DNA of 64,000 bases from Candidatus Babelota bacterium (lineage in GTDB: Bacteria; Babelota; Babeliae; Babelales; JAHIUU01): contig JAHIUU010000006.1 of the NCBI GenBank assembly GCA_018817025.1, forward strand, positions 179,996-243,995, given 5' to 3'. Shown one piece after another: positions 18,980 to 28,460 of this stretch. Positions within the stretch are counted from its first letter, which is position 1. Each line of letters opens with the position of its first letter. A program made the translations under genes and the position numbers. The notes below the pieces were generated by a model. That model was not told the origin of the DNA. It did no database searches and saw nothing but the letters and a program-made list of their open reading frames with translations.

Positions 18980-20416
18980 ATGAAAAGTTATGCAAAGATA
19001 TTTTTATTTTTAATTTTGGTTTTTCCGTTAAGTCATGTCGTCTGTATGGGTCAGGATGGCGAGGATCTTTTCTTAGGTGATTTTTTTAAGTCGATCGGCG
19101 TTGATGAGATGGAAGAACAAAACAAGCATCTTGATGAGGTTCATCGTGCAAGCCTTAATCCGATGCAGCTTGATGAGGTGAAACTTTGGATGAAAACCGC
19201 AGGGTTTCGAACGAGGGATTCGCTTTTCTTGATTCCACAAAGAAAGCTTTCTGTTGATAAGCCAGGGCTCACAGGGTTTCTTTTCTATAATCTGTCGAAT
19301 ACGCTGCCGGTAAGACCGAATTTGGTATTGAGTCAGAAAGCCGTTAACACCTTAGTTGAGTTGACCAAGCCAGGAGGTATTCTGAGTGGTGTTAACTTGC
19401 AGGATTTAGATGGACTTCTAAAAGTCCTCCCGTTTATTGATAAGATGACCGTGCAAGAAAGAAAAGTTGGCGGGATGTTTCAGGCAAACATTGTTGATGG
19501 GCGGTGGGTATTGCAGCTCGAGACATTGCTTATGTTGGTTGAAAGAAATTTTTGGGCAAAGTGTAAGGGTGATAGAAAAGCGCTTTTGGATGCGATAGGG
19601 GACTCTGGAAAGGGTGATGCGTATCGTATGCGGTTTGGATGGGGAGATACACGAGTACGCTTTGGGTACAAGATAACTGATTCTGAAACGGTTAAGGCGG
19701 TGACTGGCGTGTCGTTAATTATTCCTACCAGTCGTATTGGAAGAAAGAAGCCTCGTTCAATTGTAACTTCTTCCGTTGGAGACAGCCGAAAAAAACTGAT
19801 TGATGATCTTTTGAATATGAATAAACAGTTGATGATTGAGCCGAAGCTTGGAAGCGGTCATTGGGGTATAGGGTGGTTTTGGGATACTCGCCTTCATGTT
19901 ATTCCAAACAAGTTGGATTTTTGGGGTCGCATTTCATTTGATTATCTTTTGCCAGCAAATGAATATCGATATATGCCATCAACAAAACCTATATCTCTTG
20001 GTTTACTAGGGCAGCTGACAACGGCCGAAACGGTTCCAGATGGATTTCCGATTAGCGATCTGTTTCCGTGTTTAGCAAGAGGACGCGTTACTCCGGGTGG
20101 TATTTTTAATGCAACATTTGGGTTTGACTGGAAGCTTAATACGTGTTGGAAGCTTGGGGTTGGGTATGACTTCTATTCACAACAGGCTGAAAGGATTAAG
20201 AACATAAGTGCGCCTAATATTGATTCTTCATTGTTGTCGGTGGACGATGCGATCGCGTCAAAGATTATTCAGCACAAACTGTTTGGTGGCCTTTACTATA
20301 CTAAAAGGGGTAAAGCTCTTGACTGGAACTTCGGGATTGGTGGAGATACGACGTTTTCTACTCACGGAGGCCCCCGTGATTGGACAGTTTTTGCGAAACT
20401 TGGTATAACGTTTTAA
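18980..20416 (+). CDS. putative outer-membrane beta-barrel protein, MOMP-like paralog 2
   Basis: Start moved to 18980 (MKSYAKIFLFLILVFPLSHVVC signal). It ends FAKLGITF. It shares GWGD..., LIIPTS and GSGHWGIGWFW with the ORFs at 935 and 43784. Confidence 0.6.
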   Translation: MKSYAKIFLFLILVFPLSHVVCMGQDGEDLFLGDFFKSIGVDEMEEQNKHLDEVHRASLNPMQLDEVKLWMKTAGFRTRDSLFLIPQRKLSVDKPGLTGFLFYNLSNTLPVRPNLVLSQKAVNTLVELTKPGGILSGVNLQDLDGLLKVLPFIDKMTVQERKVGGMFQANIVDGRWVLQLETLLMLVERNFWAKCKGDRKALLDAIGDSGKGDAYRMRFGWGDTRVRFGYKITDSETVKAVTGVSLIIPTSRIGRKKPRSIVTSSVGDSRKKLIDDLLNMNKQLMIEPKLGSGHWGIGWFWDTRLHVIPNKLDFWGRISFDYLLPANEYRYMPSTKPISLGLLGQLTTAETVPDGFPISDLFPCLARGRVTPGGIFNATFGFDWKLNTCWKLGVGYDFYSQQAERIKNISAPNIDSSLLSVDDAIASKIIQHKLFGGLYYTKRGKALDWNFGIGGDTTFSTHGGPRDWTVFAKLGITF

Positions 20417-20459
20417 AGAGAGTGGTAGCTGTTTTTTCTAACTGTGTAAGGAGTTTTCT

Positions 20460-21062
20460 ATGTTGAAATCAAGAATGTTAATCTGTGTGCTAGTTTTATC
20501 GATGGCAGGTTCTGTTTTTGCTGGTGCTCCATTGGCATGTCCAGCTGCTCAGGCCCTTAAAGGGATACTTGGGCAGCATCCTGAGAGTGCCGCCCAGATA
20601 GTTGCGTCGCTTAATAACTCACGAACGATTCTTGCTGGCCTTGAGCAGTATGAAAAGCTTATGGACGATAAAAAGGTTTCTCTTGAGATGCAAGTTAAAC
20701 TTTATGAAAAGGTTGTTGAGAAATTTAAGGGCATACTCGTTGACCCGGTTAAGCAGTTTTTCACATTGGTGTATGATTATAAAACTTTGCTGCATCCGAT
20801 TATCAAAGAAAGTTTGAATCGTTCAACGATAGCCTTTGAGGGTTCTACTTTTTGTAATTTTTTGCAGACCTCTAAGGATAAAGCGGCAACATTTTTTACT
20901 GACATGGTTAACACAAAAGATGATTTGTTGAGCGCTTGCCAGGAGTTTGTTGTGTTGTTTGGTGATTTAGAAGCAACGATGCCGGAGGCGTTTGAAGCAG
21001 GACGTGAGTATCTTAAAGAATTGAGACAAAAGCGTGAACGTGAGCAATCAGACGGCGCTTAA
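20460..21062 (+). CDS. hypothetical secreted helical protein
   Basis: 200 aa with signal peptide MLKSRMLICVLVLSMAGSVFAGA. I recognise no family. Confidence 0.5.
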   Translation: MLKSRMLICVLVLSMAGSVFAGAPLACPAAQALKGILGQHPESAAQIVASLNNSRTILAGLEQYEKLMDDKKVSLEMQVKLYEKVVEKFKGILVDPVKQFFTLVYDYKTLLHPIIKESLNRSTIAFEGSTFCNFLQTSKDKAATFFTDMVNTKDDLLSACQEFVVLFGDLEATMPEAFEAGREYLKELRQKREREQSDGA

Positions 21063-23229
21063 GGGGACGATAGAAAAAGTTATTTATAAGAGTGGCGAGA
21101 ATGGTTTTACCGTTCTCGCCTTACTTGTTAATGCGACCACATCAGTTACTGTGACAGGATATCTTTCTGACTTACATGCTGGCGAATCGGTTATCTTTCA
21201 AGGTGCGTGGGGGTTTCATTCGAAGTTTGGACGACAGTTTCTTGCGCAGTCTGCTGAATCACAGCTTCCATCAAGCGCTCTTGGTATCAAAAAATATCTT
21301 GGTTCTGGATTAATTAAGGGTATTGGTCCAAAGTTTGCCGAGCGCTTAGTTAACAAATTCAAAGAAAAAACACTTGATGTTATCGACCAGGAGCCAGACC
21401 TGTTATTTCAAGTTGATGGTGTTGGGCCCAAGCGTGTGCAGTTGATTATCAGTGCTTGGCAGGAACAAAAAGAGATTTCTAAAGTGATGGTATTTCTCCA
21501 CGGCCACAAAATTTCAACAGGGTTTGCCGTCAAGATTTATAAAGCGTACGGACAAGATTCGATTAAAATAATTCAAGAGAATCCATACAAGCTTGCGCAG
21601 GACATCTGGGGTGTTGGATTTAAGACTGCCGATAAGCTTGCGCTTGATCTGGGATTTGAAACAAACTCGCTAAAGCGTGTGAGCGCTGGGGTGTTGCATA
21701 CGATCGCCCAAGTTGTCGATAAGGGAAGTTTATATGCACATGTTGATGAATTAAAAAAAAATCTATTTGAGCTCTTGGAGCTTGATCGAGAGTCACACGA
21801 AGATCTAATAAAGTGTGCGCTTCGTGATCTTTACAATCAAGACAAGATTAAGCTTGTATCAAAAGATAACTCCCACTACGTCACACTTCCACAGTATTAT
21901 TTTTCAGAGGTTGGCATTGCGCAAAAGATTAAAAAACTGCAAGAACAATCTGATTTACGAGATCGATTTGATTTTAACAGTGCCTATAAATTGGTTCGAT
22001 CGGTCGACAAAAACGGGATCGCTTTAAATGAGGATCAGCAGCAGGGTGTCATGTCTTGTTTGCAGAATAAATTATCGATTGTAACCGGTGGACCAGGAAC
22101 CGGTAAAACAACGTTGGTGAAGAAGTTGTTAGATGTGCTTGAACAAAAAAAGATAAAGTTTCGTTTGGCTGCGCCGACCGGTCGAGCTGCAAAGAGAATG
22201 TTTGAGGGTACCGGACGAAGCGCAGAGACGCTCCATCGATTACTTGAGTTTACACCGGCCGGTATGAATTTTACTCGAAATGAACAGAATGCGCTCGACC
22301 TTGAATTTTTAATTGTTGACGAAGCATCAATGATCGATGTTTTTTTGATGCACGCGATCTTGCGGGCGCTTCCCATGCGTGCGCACCTGGTTTTGCTTGG
22401 TGATATTGACCAGTTGCCCTCGGTTGGTGCTGGTGATATTCTGAACGATCTTATTGGTTCTTGTGTTGTTAGTGTTGTTCGATTGACCGAAATTTTTCGA
22501 CAAGCACAAGATAGTTTGATTATCGTTAATGCACATAAAATTAATAATGGCGAGTTTCCAGTATCATCTATTCCCGGTTCACGAAAAGATTTTGTTTTTA
22601 TAAAAGAGCAAGACCCTGAACAAGTTTTTCAAATTCTACGCGACATTTATAAAAGACGATTGCCAGCAGCTGGCATCTCTGTGAGCGACTCGATCGTTTT
22701 GACGCCGATGAATCGGGGAGTTGTCGGGACTCAGCGCTTAAACCAAGAGCTACAGATGATTTTGAATCCGAAAGATGATGCTGAGAAGCAGGCTTCTCGA
22801 TACGGGACCATCTATAAAATTGGTGATCGGGTTATGCAAATTCGAAACAACTACGATAAGTTTGTATTTAATGGTGACATTGGAGATATTACCGATATCA
22901 ATCGAGTTGATCAAAAAATCAAAGTTTCTTTTGGTGATCGAGAGCTCGAGTATGATTTTTCAGAACTAGATGAACTTGTTTTGTCATATGCTGTTTCGAT
23001 TCATAAGAGTCAGGGATCAGAGTTTGGGGCTGTTATCATACCAATTTTTATGCAGCACTTTATTTTATTGCAGCGCAACTTAATTTATACCGCAATCACA
23101 CGAGCGAAGCGCTTATGTATTTTGATTGGTCAGCCAAAGGCGATCGCCATTGGAATCAAAAATAACAAAGGGGTCGAACGGTTAACGTTTTTACGTGACT
23201 ACCTAACGACCGACTTGCAAGCGCGATAG
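21034..23229 (+). CDS. recD2: RecD2-like SF1B ATP-dependent DNA helicase
   Basis: 731 aa. Walker A GGPGTGKTT, Walker B LIVDEASMID, then LVLLGDIDQLPSVGAG, SIHKSQGSEF and LIYTAITRAK. N-terminal HhH region GIGPKFAERLV. GTG start overlapping the upstream ORF. Confidence 0.85.
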   Translation: MNVSNQTALKGTIEKVIYKSGENGFTVLALLVNATTSVTVTGYLSDLHAGESVIFQGAWGFHSKFGRQFLAQSAESQLPSSALGIKKYLGSGLIKGIGPKFAERLVNKFKEKTLDVIDQEPDLLFQVDGVGPKRVQLIISAWQEQKEISKVMVFLHGHKISTGFAVKIYKAYGQDSIKIIQENPYKLAQDIWGVGFKTADKLALDLGFETNSLKRVSAGVLHTIAQVVDKGSLYAHVDELKKNLFELLELDRESHEDLIKCALRDLYNQDKIKLVSKDNSHYVTLPQYYFSEVGIAQKIKKLQEQSDLRDRFDFNSAYKLVRSVDKNGIALNEDQQQGVMSCLQNKLSIVTGGPGTGKTTLVKKLLDVLEQKKIKFRLAAPTGRAAKRMFEGTGRSAETLHRLLEFTPAGMNFTRNEQNALDLEFLIVDEASMIDVFLMHAILRALPMRAHLVLLGDIDQLPSVGAGDILNDLIGSCVVSVVRLTEIFRQAQDSLIIVNAHKINNGEFPVSSIPGSRKDFVFIKEQDPEQVFQILRDIYKRRLPAAGISVSDSIVLTPMNRGVVGTQRLNQELQMILNPKDDAEKQASRYGTIYKIGDRVMQIRNNYDKFVFNGDIGDITDINRVDQKIKVSFGDRELEYDFSELDELVLSYAVSIHKSQGSEFGAVIIPIFMQHFILLQRNLIYTAITRAKRLCILIGQPKAIAIGIKNNKGVERLTFLRDYLTTDLQAR

Positions 23230-23238
23230 CCCTAGGAT

Positions 23239-24102
23239 CTAGCTAAAAAACATGACTCCAACGTTATCAGAATTACTATCGTCTGACTTTTGATTTTCTT
23301 CAGGAAAAATATTTGTGTTATTTATGTTTTTAAAATTATTAAGAGTGTTCATTATGTTGTTCATGTTGGGGATTATATCAGGTAGTGCGTCGGAAATATT
23401 TTTACCTGCTATAACGGTCAAAACGTCTGTGGTGGCGCTTGTTGCAAGTTTTACTATGATTGCGGCGCTGAGCGCGATTATGGTCCATTTTAACCAGGCT
23501 GGGAAATTATTGGTTCCTGATAATTCTTCTCGATACTTTTCTGGATATTGTTCGTAAATAACCTGAGTAACTCGAGATATGACATCAGGGGTGACGTTTT
23601 TGAGATAGCTTTCGGATGCTGAGTTAATATATTTTTCGTTGATAAAATCGAAGAGCTCATGGAGTTCTTGTGGTGTGCTTTGTTTATTATTAGCCCAGGT
23701 GACGACGAAGTTTTTTAGAACATTATAATATGTTTTTTTCTCGATTGACTTGCGTGTTATTAGGTATAGCAGGTATGAGAGAGAGACTGTTAGGACTAGA
23801 GAGCCGGCGGTGTGAGTGGTTAAACTGGGCTCGCATGCTTTTTTAGCAAACCATACACTGCCTGGGACTGCCCCTATAATGGTTGCCGTGGCTTGCAGTA
23901 TTCTAGGAAGTTTTTTTTGCAGATTGAGCTCTGGTTCTATTACGAAAACTTGCTCCATAAGTCGCCATGGATTTGCATATATGCTGTACATCGGGTGGTT
24001 GGGATAGCGTGTTTGTTCTGGTAGGTCTGGAGATGTTTGGTTGAATATTGCGATTGTAATAAAAACAAGACAAAAAACTTTCTTAGAAAAATAGTTGCTC
24101 AT
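23239..24102 (-). CDS. hypothetical membrane protein with an Asn-rich C-terminus
   Basis: 287 aa with several hydrophobic helices and the tail NNIMNTLNNFKNINNTN. No family recognised. Confidence 0.5.
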   Translation of the reverse strand: MSNYFSKKVFCLVFITIAIFNQTSPDLPEQTRYPNHPMYSIYANPWRLMEQVFVIEPELNLQKKLPRILQATATIIGAVPGSVWFAKKACEPSLTTHTAGSLVLTVSLSYLLYLITRKSIEKKTYYNVLKNFVVTWANNKQSTPQELHELFDFINEKYINSASESYLKNVTPDVISRVTQVIYEQYPEKYREELSGTNNFPAWLKWTIIALSAAIIVKLATSATTDVLTVIAGKNISDALPDIIPNMNNIMNTLNNFKNINNTNIFPEENQKSDDSNSDNVGVMFFS

Positions 24103-24484
24103 GACTCCCCCCTATGTCAAAACGTTACTTTTTTTCATCATAGTTAATTTGTTTTGCGTAGGCAATAACCCGAAAAAAACCATTTGCGGCTGGCCTGACT
24201 AAAATCCTGATCAAGACGTATGTATGGACGACGGCAGTGGGAATTGTCCCCGTGACGTTTTTGTACACGCTCGCCGGTTAGCAGCCTGATTGTGTAACTG
24301 GACCCTCGGACGGTTTTTTCGTCAAAGGTGTTTGTTGTTTTGCTCCTGCTAGCGCTTTTTGTGCTGTTACCCATGCTTGTTAATCGATTTAAGAACAAAT
24401 GATTCTATAGAAACTGTTCTTTTTGTTGTTTCTCGTGGGGTATAATTACAGGTGGGATATAGTTTGTTTTTATAGGGGGATGAT

Positions 24485-25549
24485 ATGCGTAGATTACAAT
24501 TGCTTGTTTTTTATTGCGTGCTATTTCTTTTAGATAGCGGTGGGTGTGTGTTGGCAGATGACTATCCATTGCATGCGGCTGTTGCTAGAGGGGACCTGAA
24601 TGAGGTTGGAAAACTTATTGATAAGACAAATGTCAATACTAAAGATTTGCTTGGGTGTACGCCATTACATGTTGCGGTAGGGCTTTCGTTTAAGATTGTT
24701 GACTATCTTCTTTCAAGAGGGGCTGATCTTGAAGCTAGGTGTTTGGGTGGCAAAACGCCGTTGCATATAGCGGCAGAGAGCGGTTCTATCAAGAGTCTCG
24801 AGCGTCTTATTGAGTGGGGTTCGGATATTAACGCCAGAGACGAAGAATCCAGGACGTCGTTGCATCTAGCTGCTGCGGGTGGCCATAAAGAGAGCGCAGC
24901 GCTGCTTCTTGATAAAGGTGCGAATATTAATGAGAAAGACAATAATGAAAAGACACCATTGCAGCTGGTACTCTTAGCCCAAGGGTTTGATTTTTATGAG
25001 CGTGCTGAGACGGCCAAGATGCTTATAGCGCTGGGCGCCATGCAAAAAGCCGACGTTTTTTATAAGAGCGATATTTTGAACTTGGTGAAAGAAAAAGGTT
25101 TGCTTGCTGATTTGGCATTGTCTTTTTGTGCAGGAGATGTAGGTGGTCGTGATCCAGAGTTCATTATAGATTTGTTGGCTACTATGATTGAGCAAATGTG
25201 TGAGTATGAACAGGCAGATGGTGATGGGGAAAAGAAATCTGTTTTGTGGGATGCTTGGAAAAGATTTAAGAGAGTATTTGTGGATGTTAAGACAGAAGAG
25301 GTATCTGAAGAGGTCAAGCGTATAAGACGATTAAAAGAAGTTGCGCATGGCGTTATCCTTTCTTTTAATATTTATTTAGAAAACAAGCTATCTAAAGAGA
25401 AAAGGGCTGATCTGATAGGTCGATTCAAAAATAAATTGAAAGAGATACCCGAGAAATACCAGGCAGTTTTCATAAAGATTGAGACGCAGGAAGGGTATGC
25501 TAAGAAGATTGAGAAGGCCATAAGCCTTACAGGTGCCACAGAAATCTGA
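24485..25549 (+). CDS. ankyrin-repeat protein with an N-terminal signal peptide
   Basis: 354 aa. Signal-like MRRLQLLVFYCVLFLLDSGGC. Four to five ANK repeats (PLHAAVARGDLNEV..., GCTPLHVAV..., GKTPLHIAAESG..., RTSLHLAAAGGHKESAALLLDKGANIN, KTPLQL). The C-terminal half is helical. Confidence 0.85.
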   Translation: MRRLQLLVFYCVLFLLDSGGCVLADDYPLHAAVARGDLNEVGKLIDKTNVNTKDLLGCTPLHVAVGLSFKIVDYLLSRGADLEARCLGGKTPLHIAAESGSIKSLERLIEWGSDINARDEESRTSLHLAAAGGHKESAALLLDKGANINEKDNNEKTPLQLVLLAQGFDFYERAETAKMLIALGAMQKADVFYKSDILNLVKEKGLLADLALSFCAGDVGGRDPEFIIDLLATMIEQMCEYEQADGDGEKKSVLWDAWKRFKRVFVDVKTEEVSEEVKRIRRLKEVAHGVILSFNIYLENKLSKEKRADLIGRFKNKLKEIPEKYQAVFIKIETQEGYAKKIEKAISLTGATEI

Positions 25550-25550
25550 G

Positions 25551-25592
25551 CAAAAAAGAAGAGCGGCTACGCGTTGTTTGCGTAGCCGCTCT
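25551..25592 (-). terminator. rho-independent terminator between convergent genes
   Basis: A perfect 13-bp stem AGAGCGGCTACGC / GCGTAGCCGCTCT (25560-25592). On the minus strand it is followed by TCTTTTTT. It may also serve the plus-strand ankyrin gene. Confidence 0.65.
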
Positions 25593-25614
25593 CGTAATTC
25601 AAAACGAAAAAAGC

Positions 25615-25788
25615 TTATTCAGCCTTTTCGCATGCCTCTTCTTCAATCACTGTTTCTAGAACAGTTTTAACTTCTTCTTGTTTCTCTTCTTCGCTCTTGC
25701 AGCCGCAGTCAGTATCGTCAGCGATGCAACATGTGAAAACTGATCCCGCAAAAAGAAGGACAGCAAGTGCTTTGAGTGTTTTGTTCAT
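25615..25788 (-). CDS. small secreted Cys-rich acidic peptide (57 aa), hand-called
   Basis: GGGAGA lies 6 nt upstream of the ATG at 25788. The product is MNKTLKALAVLLFAGSVFTCCIADDTDCGCKSEEEKQEEVKTVLETVIEEEACEKAE. The terminator above follows it. It is below the ORF-track size cutoff. Confidence 0.4.
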   Translation of the reverse strand: MNKTLKALAVLLFAGSVFTCCIADDTDCGCKSEEEKQEEVKTVLETVIEEEACEKAE

Positions 25789-25960
25789 AGTATATCTCCC
25801 ATGGTACCTAAAGGTTCAACCGATTTCAAACTCTATGAGAGTATAGAAAATTACAATAAAAGTTCAATAAAAGTTCTGTCAAAAATCGATTCTAAAAACA
25901 GTTTGAGTATGATAGGTTCTATGGTGTTATACGAAGTTTTTTCTACTTGAAAGTACGGTT

Positions 25961-27100
25961 ATGCAAAAAATAGGCCTTTCCCAAATAAAAGTTATTGAAG
26001 AGACGGTGCAAGGGAGCGATGAATATGTTTCTCTTTCACAGGGAGCTTTAAAAGTTGGCGGAATATCGCCTGAGATCAAAAAATATGTACAAGAAATATT
26101 ACAAACAGACAAGACTGACTACTATCAAAGTGCATGGGGCATCATGCCGTTGCGTGAGGCGATCGCCACACATCTTTCAAAAAAATATAATACATGTATT
26201 ACCAAGAATAATGTTTTGGTGACTCATGGCTGCATGGGAGCTATTTCGACTCTAATGTTGACACTTCTTGAGCCTGGCGATGAGGTTCTTGTTCCTGAGC
26301 CGACCTATCCGGCATATAAAAACGCTATTGTGATGGCGTCCGGCTCTTGTGTTTTTGTTCCTAGCATGACAAGCGATGGTACCTGGGCATTGGACTTTGG
26401 ACGGCTGGAAGCGGCTCGAACGACGAAGACGAAGATGATTGTTTTTTCAAACCCGTCTAATCCGAGCGGAGCGGTTGTCCCACAAGAGGCACTAGAAGCG
26501 CTTATTGTATGGTGTGAAAAAAATAAGATCTATCTTGTTGTTGATGAGGCTTATGACGAGTATGTATTTAGTGGGGATTTTCAGTCGATAGTGCCGTATG
26601 TCACGAACTCTGATTATATGATTGGTACCGGGTCTTACTCAAAGAGTTTATCGATGAGCGGATGGCGAGTTGGGTATATGTTGGTGTCAGATAGATTATC
26701 GAATGCGATGGGTGTTATGCAGGATACGATGTTGAATTGTCCGAGTGTGATAGGGCAGCATGCGGTGCTATTTGCTCTAGAGAATCCTAAGTTTTTACAA
26801 TTGTTTCATGAGACGGTCAAAGAGGGCAGAGACCGGTCGGTTAGGTTATTACAGCCATTGATAGCCCGTAATATTTTCTCTTTTTGTGTTCCAAGAGCAG
26901 GCTTTTTTCTTTTTTTAAAAACGCAGGAGCCTGACGCATTTGATCTGTGCATGGGTATCTTGCGCGAAGCGAAGGTCGGCCTAATTCCTGGGCGGGCGTT
27001 TGGCCCGAGTGGCGCGCCGTATGTTCGATTGTGTTATGCCCGGCCAGGATCTGTTTTGGAAGAGGGGATCGAAAGAATACGAAAGTTTTTTCATGTATAA
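25961..27100 (+). CDS. class I/II pyridoxal-phosphate aminotransferase
   Basis: 379 aa. PLP-lysine motif SYSKSLSMSGWRVGY, plus PSNPSG and VVDEAYDEY. The 3' end overlaps the murC start by 8 nt. Confidence 0.85.
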   Translation: MQKIGLSQIKVIEETVQGSDEYVSLSQGALKVGGISPEIKKYVQEILQTDKTDYYQSAWGIMPLREAIATHLSKKYNTCITKNNVLVTHGCMGAISTLMLTLLEPGDEVLVPEPTYPAYKNAIVMASGSCVFVPSMTSDGTWALDFGRLEAARTTKTKMIVFSNPSNPSGAVVPQEALEALIVWCEKNKIYLVVDEAYDEYVFSGDFQSIVPYVTNSDYMIGTGSYSKSLSMSGWRVGYMLVSDRLSNAMGVMQDTMLNCPSVIGQHAVLFALENPKFLQLFHETVKEGRDRSVRLLQPLIARNIFSFCVPRAGFFLFLKTQEPDAFDLCMGILREAKVGLIPGRAFGPSGAPYVRLCYARPGSVLEEGIERIRKFFHV

Positions 27101-28460
27101 AAAGAATAAGCATATTCACTTTATGGGTATTGGTGGGATTGGAATGAGCGGTATCGCTGCTATTTTACGACAGCAAGGGTATATCGTTTCAGGGTGTGAC
27201 TTGGTTGTTGCATCTGAGATTCTTGATTGGTTGCGTGAGTTGGGGTGCAAAGTTTACGTTGGGCACCATGTTGACCATGTGACAGAGGCAGACGTGCTTG
27301 TTTATTCATCAGCGGTCGATTGCAGTCACCAAGAGGTGCAGGCCGCTTTAGCGAAAGGCATTCCGGTTATTCCTCGGGCAATTATGCTTGCAGAGTTGAT
27401 GCGGATGAAGTATGGCGTTGCTGTTGCCGGGTCCCACGGGAAAACGACCACGACCTCAATGATTTCTCATATCCTAACCGAAGCAGCGCTTGACCCAACT
27501 ATTGTGATAGGCGGTGTTTTGAAAAATCTTTCAACGCATGCGCGCCTAGGCCATGGTGACTTGTTGATTGCCGAGGCTGATGAGAGTGATCGGTCATTAT
27601 TGTATTTAAACCCAAGTGTTGCCATTGTGACCAATATTGACGCTGAGCATCTTGATACCTATAAAGATTTGGACGATGTAAAAGAGACTTTTAAGAATTT
27701 TTTAGCGAGATTGCCGTTTTATGGCAAAGCGTTTGTTTGTATCGATGATAAAAATTTGCGCTCGATTCTTCCGTTACCTCATGTTCAGACAATAAAATAT
27801 GGTTTGAGTTCTGCGGCAAATATTCGTGGCGAGGTTCTTGAACTTGCACCAGACCATTCTCGTTTTAGAGTATGTGGGTTTGGTGATGTTTGTTTGCGTA
27901 TGCCTGGTGAGCATAATGTGCTGAATGCATTGGCCGCGATAGGGTTGGCGCTGGAGTTTGATGTGTCGTTCGAAGTGATTCAGCGTGCGCTTGAAAGTTT
28001 TAAGGGGGTTGAGCGAAGGTTTGAGTTTAAGGGAGTTTTTCGCGGAGCAGAGGTGTTTGATGATTATGGGCACCATCCAACAGAAATTTATAATACGCTA
28101 TTGATTGCAAAAAAACGAGCCAAAAAAAAGTTACATGTCGTTTTTCAGCCGCATAGATATACACGAACGGAAAAGCTCTGGGATGATTTTGTGCAGCTGT
28201 TTGCGTATTCAGAGATCGATACGTTGTTTTTGGCAGATGTGTATCCAGCGAGTGAGGCGCCGATTGAAAAAATAACAAGCGAGCGCTTGGTTCATGCTAT
28301 TCAGAAAAAAAATCCAAGTATAAAAATCTATTACCATTCGACGTATGAGCAGATTCAAGCCCATATAGAGACTGTGCTTGATAAGGGAGATTTGTTTATA
28401 ACAATTGGGGCTGGACAAGCGAACTGTATCGGCGAGGCGTTGGTAAAGAAGGGGGTATGA
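27093..28460 (+). CDS. murC: UDP-N-acetylmuramate--L-alanine ligase
   Basis: Start moved to the ATG at 27093 (MYKKNKHIHFMGIGGIGMSGIA). GSHGKTTTTSM P-loop, DDYGHHP and FQPHRYTRT are present. Confidence 0.95.
   Translation: MYKKNKHIHFMGIGGIGMSGIAAILRQQGYIVSGCDLVVASEILDWLRELGCKVYVGHHVDHVTEADVLVYSSAVDCSHQEVQAALAKGIPVIPRAIMLAELMRMKYGVAVAGSHGKTTTTSMISHILTEAALDPTIVIGGVLKNLSTHARLGHGDLLIAEADESDRSLLYLNPSVAIVTNIDAEHLDTYKDLDDVKETFKNFLARLPFYGKAFVCIDDKNLRSILPLPHVQTIKYGLSSAANIRGEVLELAPDHSRFRVCGFGDVCLRMPGEHNVLNALAAIGLALEFDVSFEVIQRALESFKGVERRFEFKGVFRGAEVFDDYGHHPTEIYNTLLIAKKRAKKKLHVVFQPHRYTRTEKLWDDFVQLFAYSEIDTLFLADVYPASEAPIEKITSERLVHAIQKKNPSIKIYYHSTYEQIQAHIETVLDKGDLFITIGAGQANCIGEALVKKGV

Noticed and set aside
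24144-24398. An 84-aa minus-strand ORF in the 380-bp gap upstream of the ankyrin gene. The region is slightly more G+C-rich than its flanks.
   Set aside because: There is no recognisable motif, RBS or tRNA-like fold, so I cannot support it as either a CDS or an RNA gene. It is left unannotated, though the gap is large for this genome.
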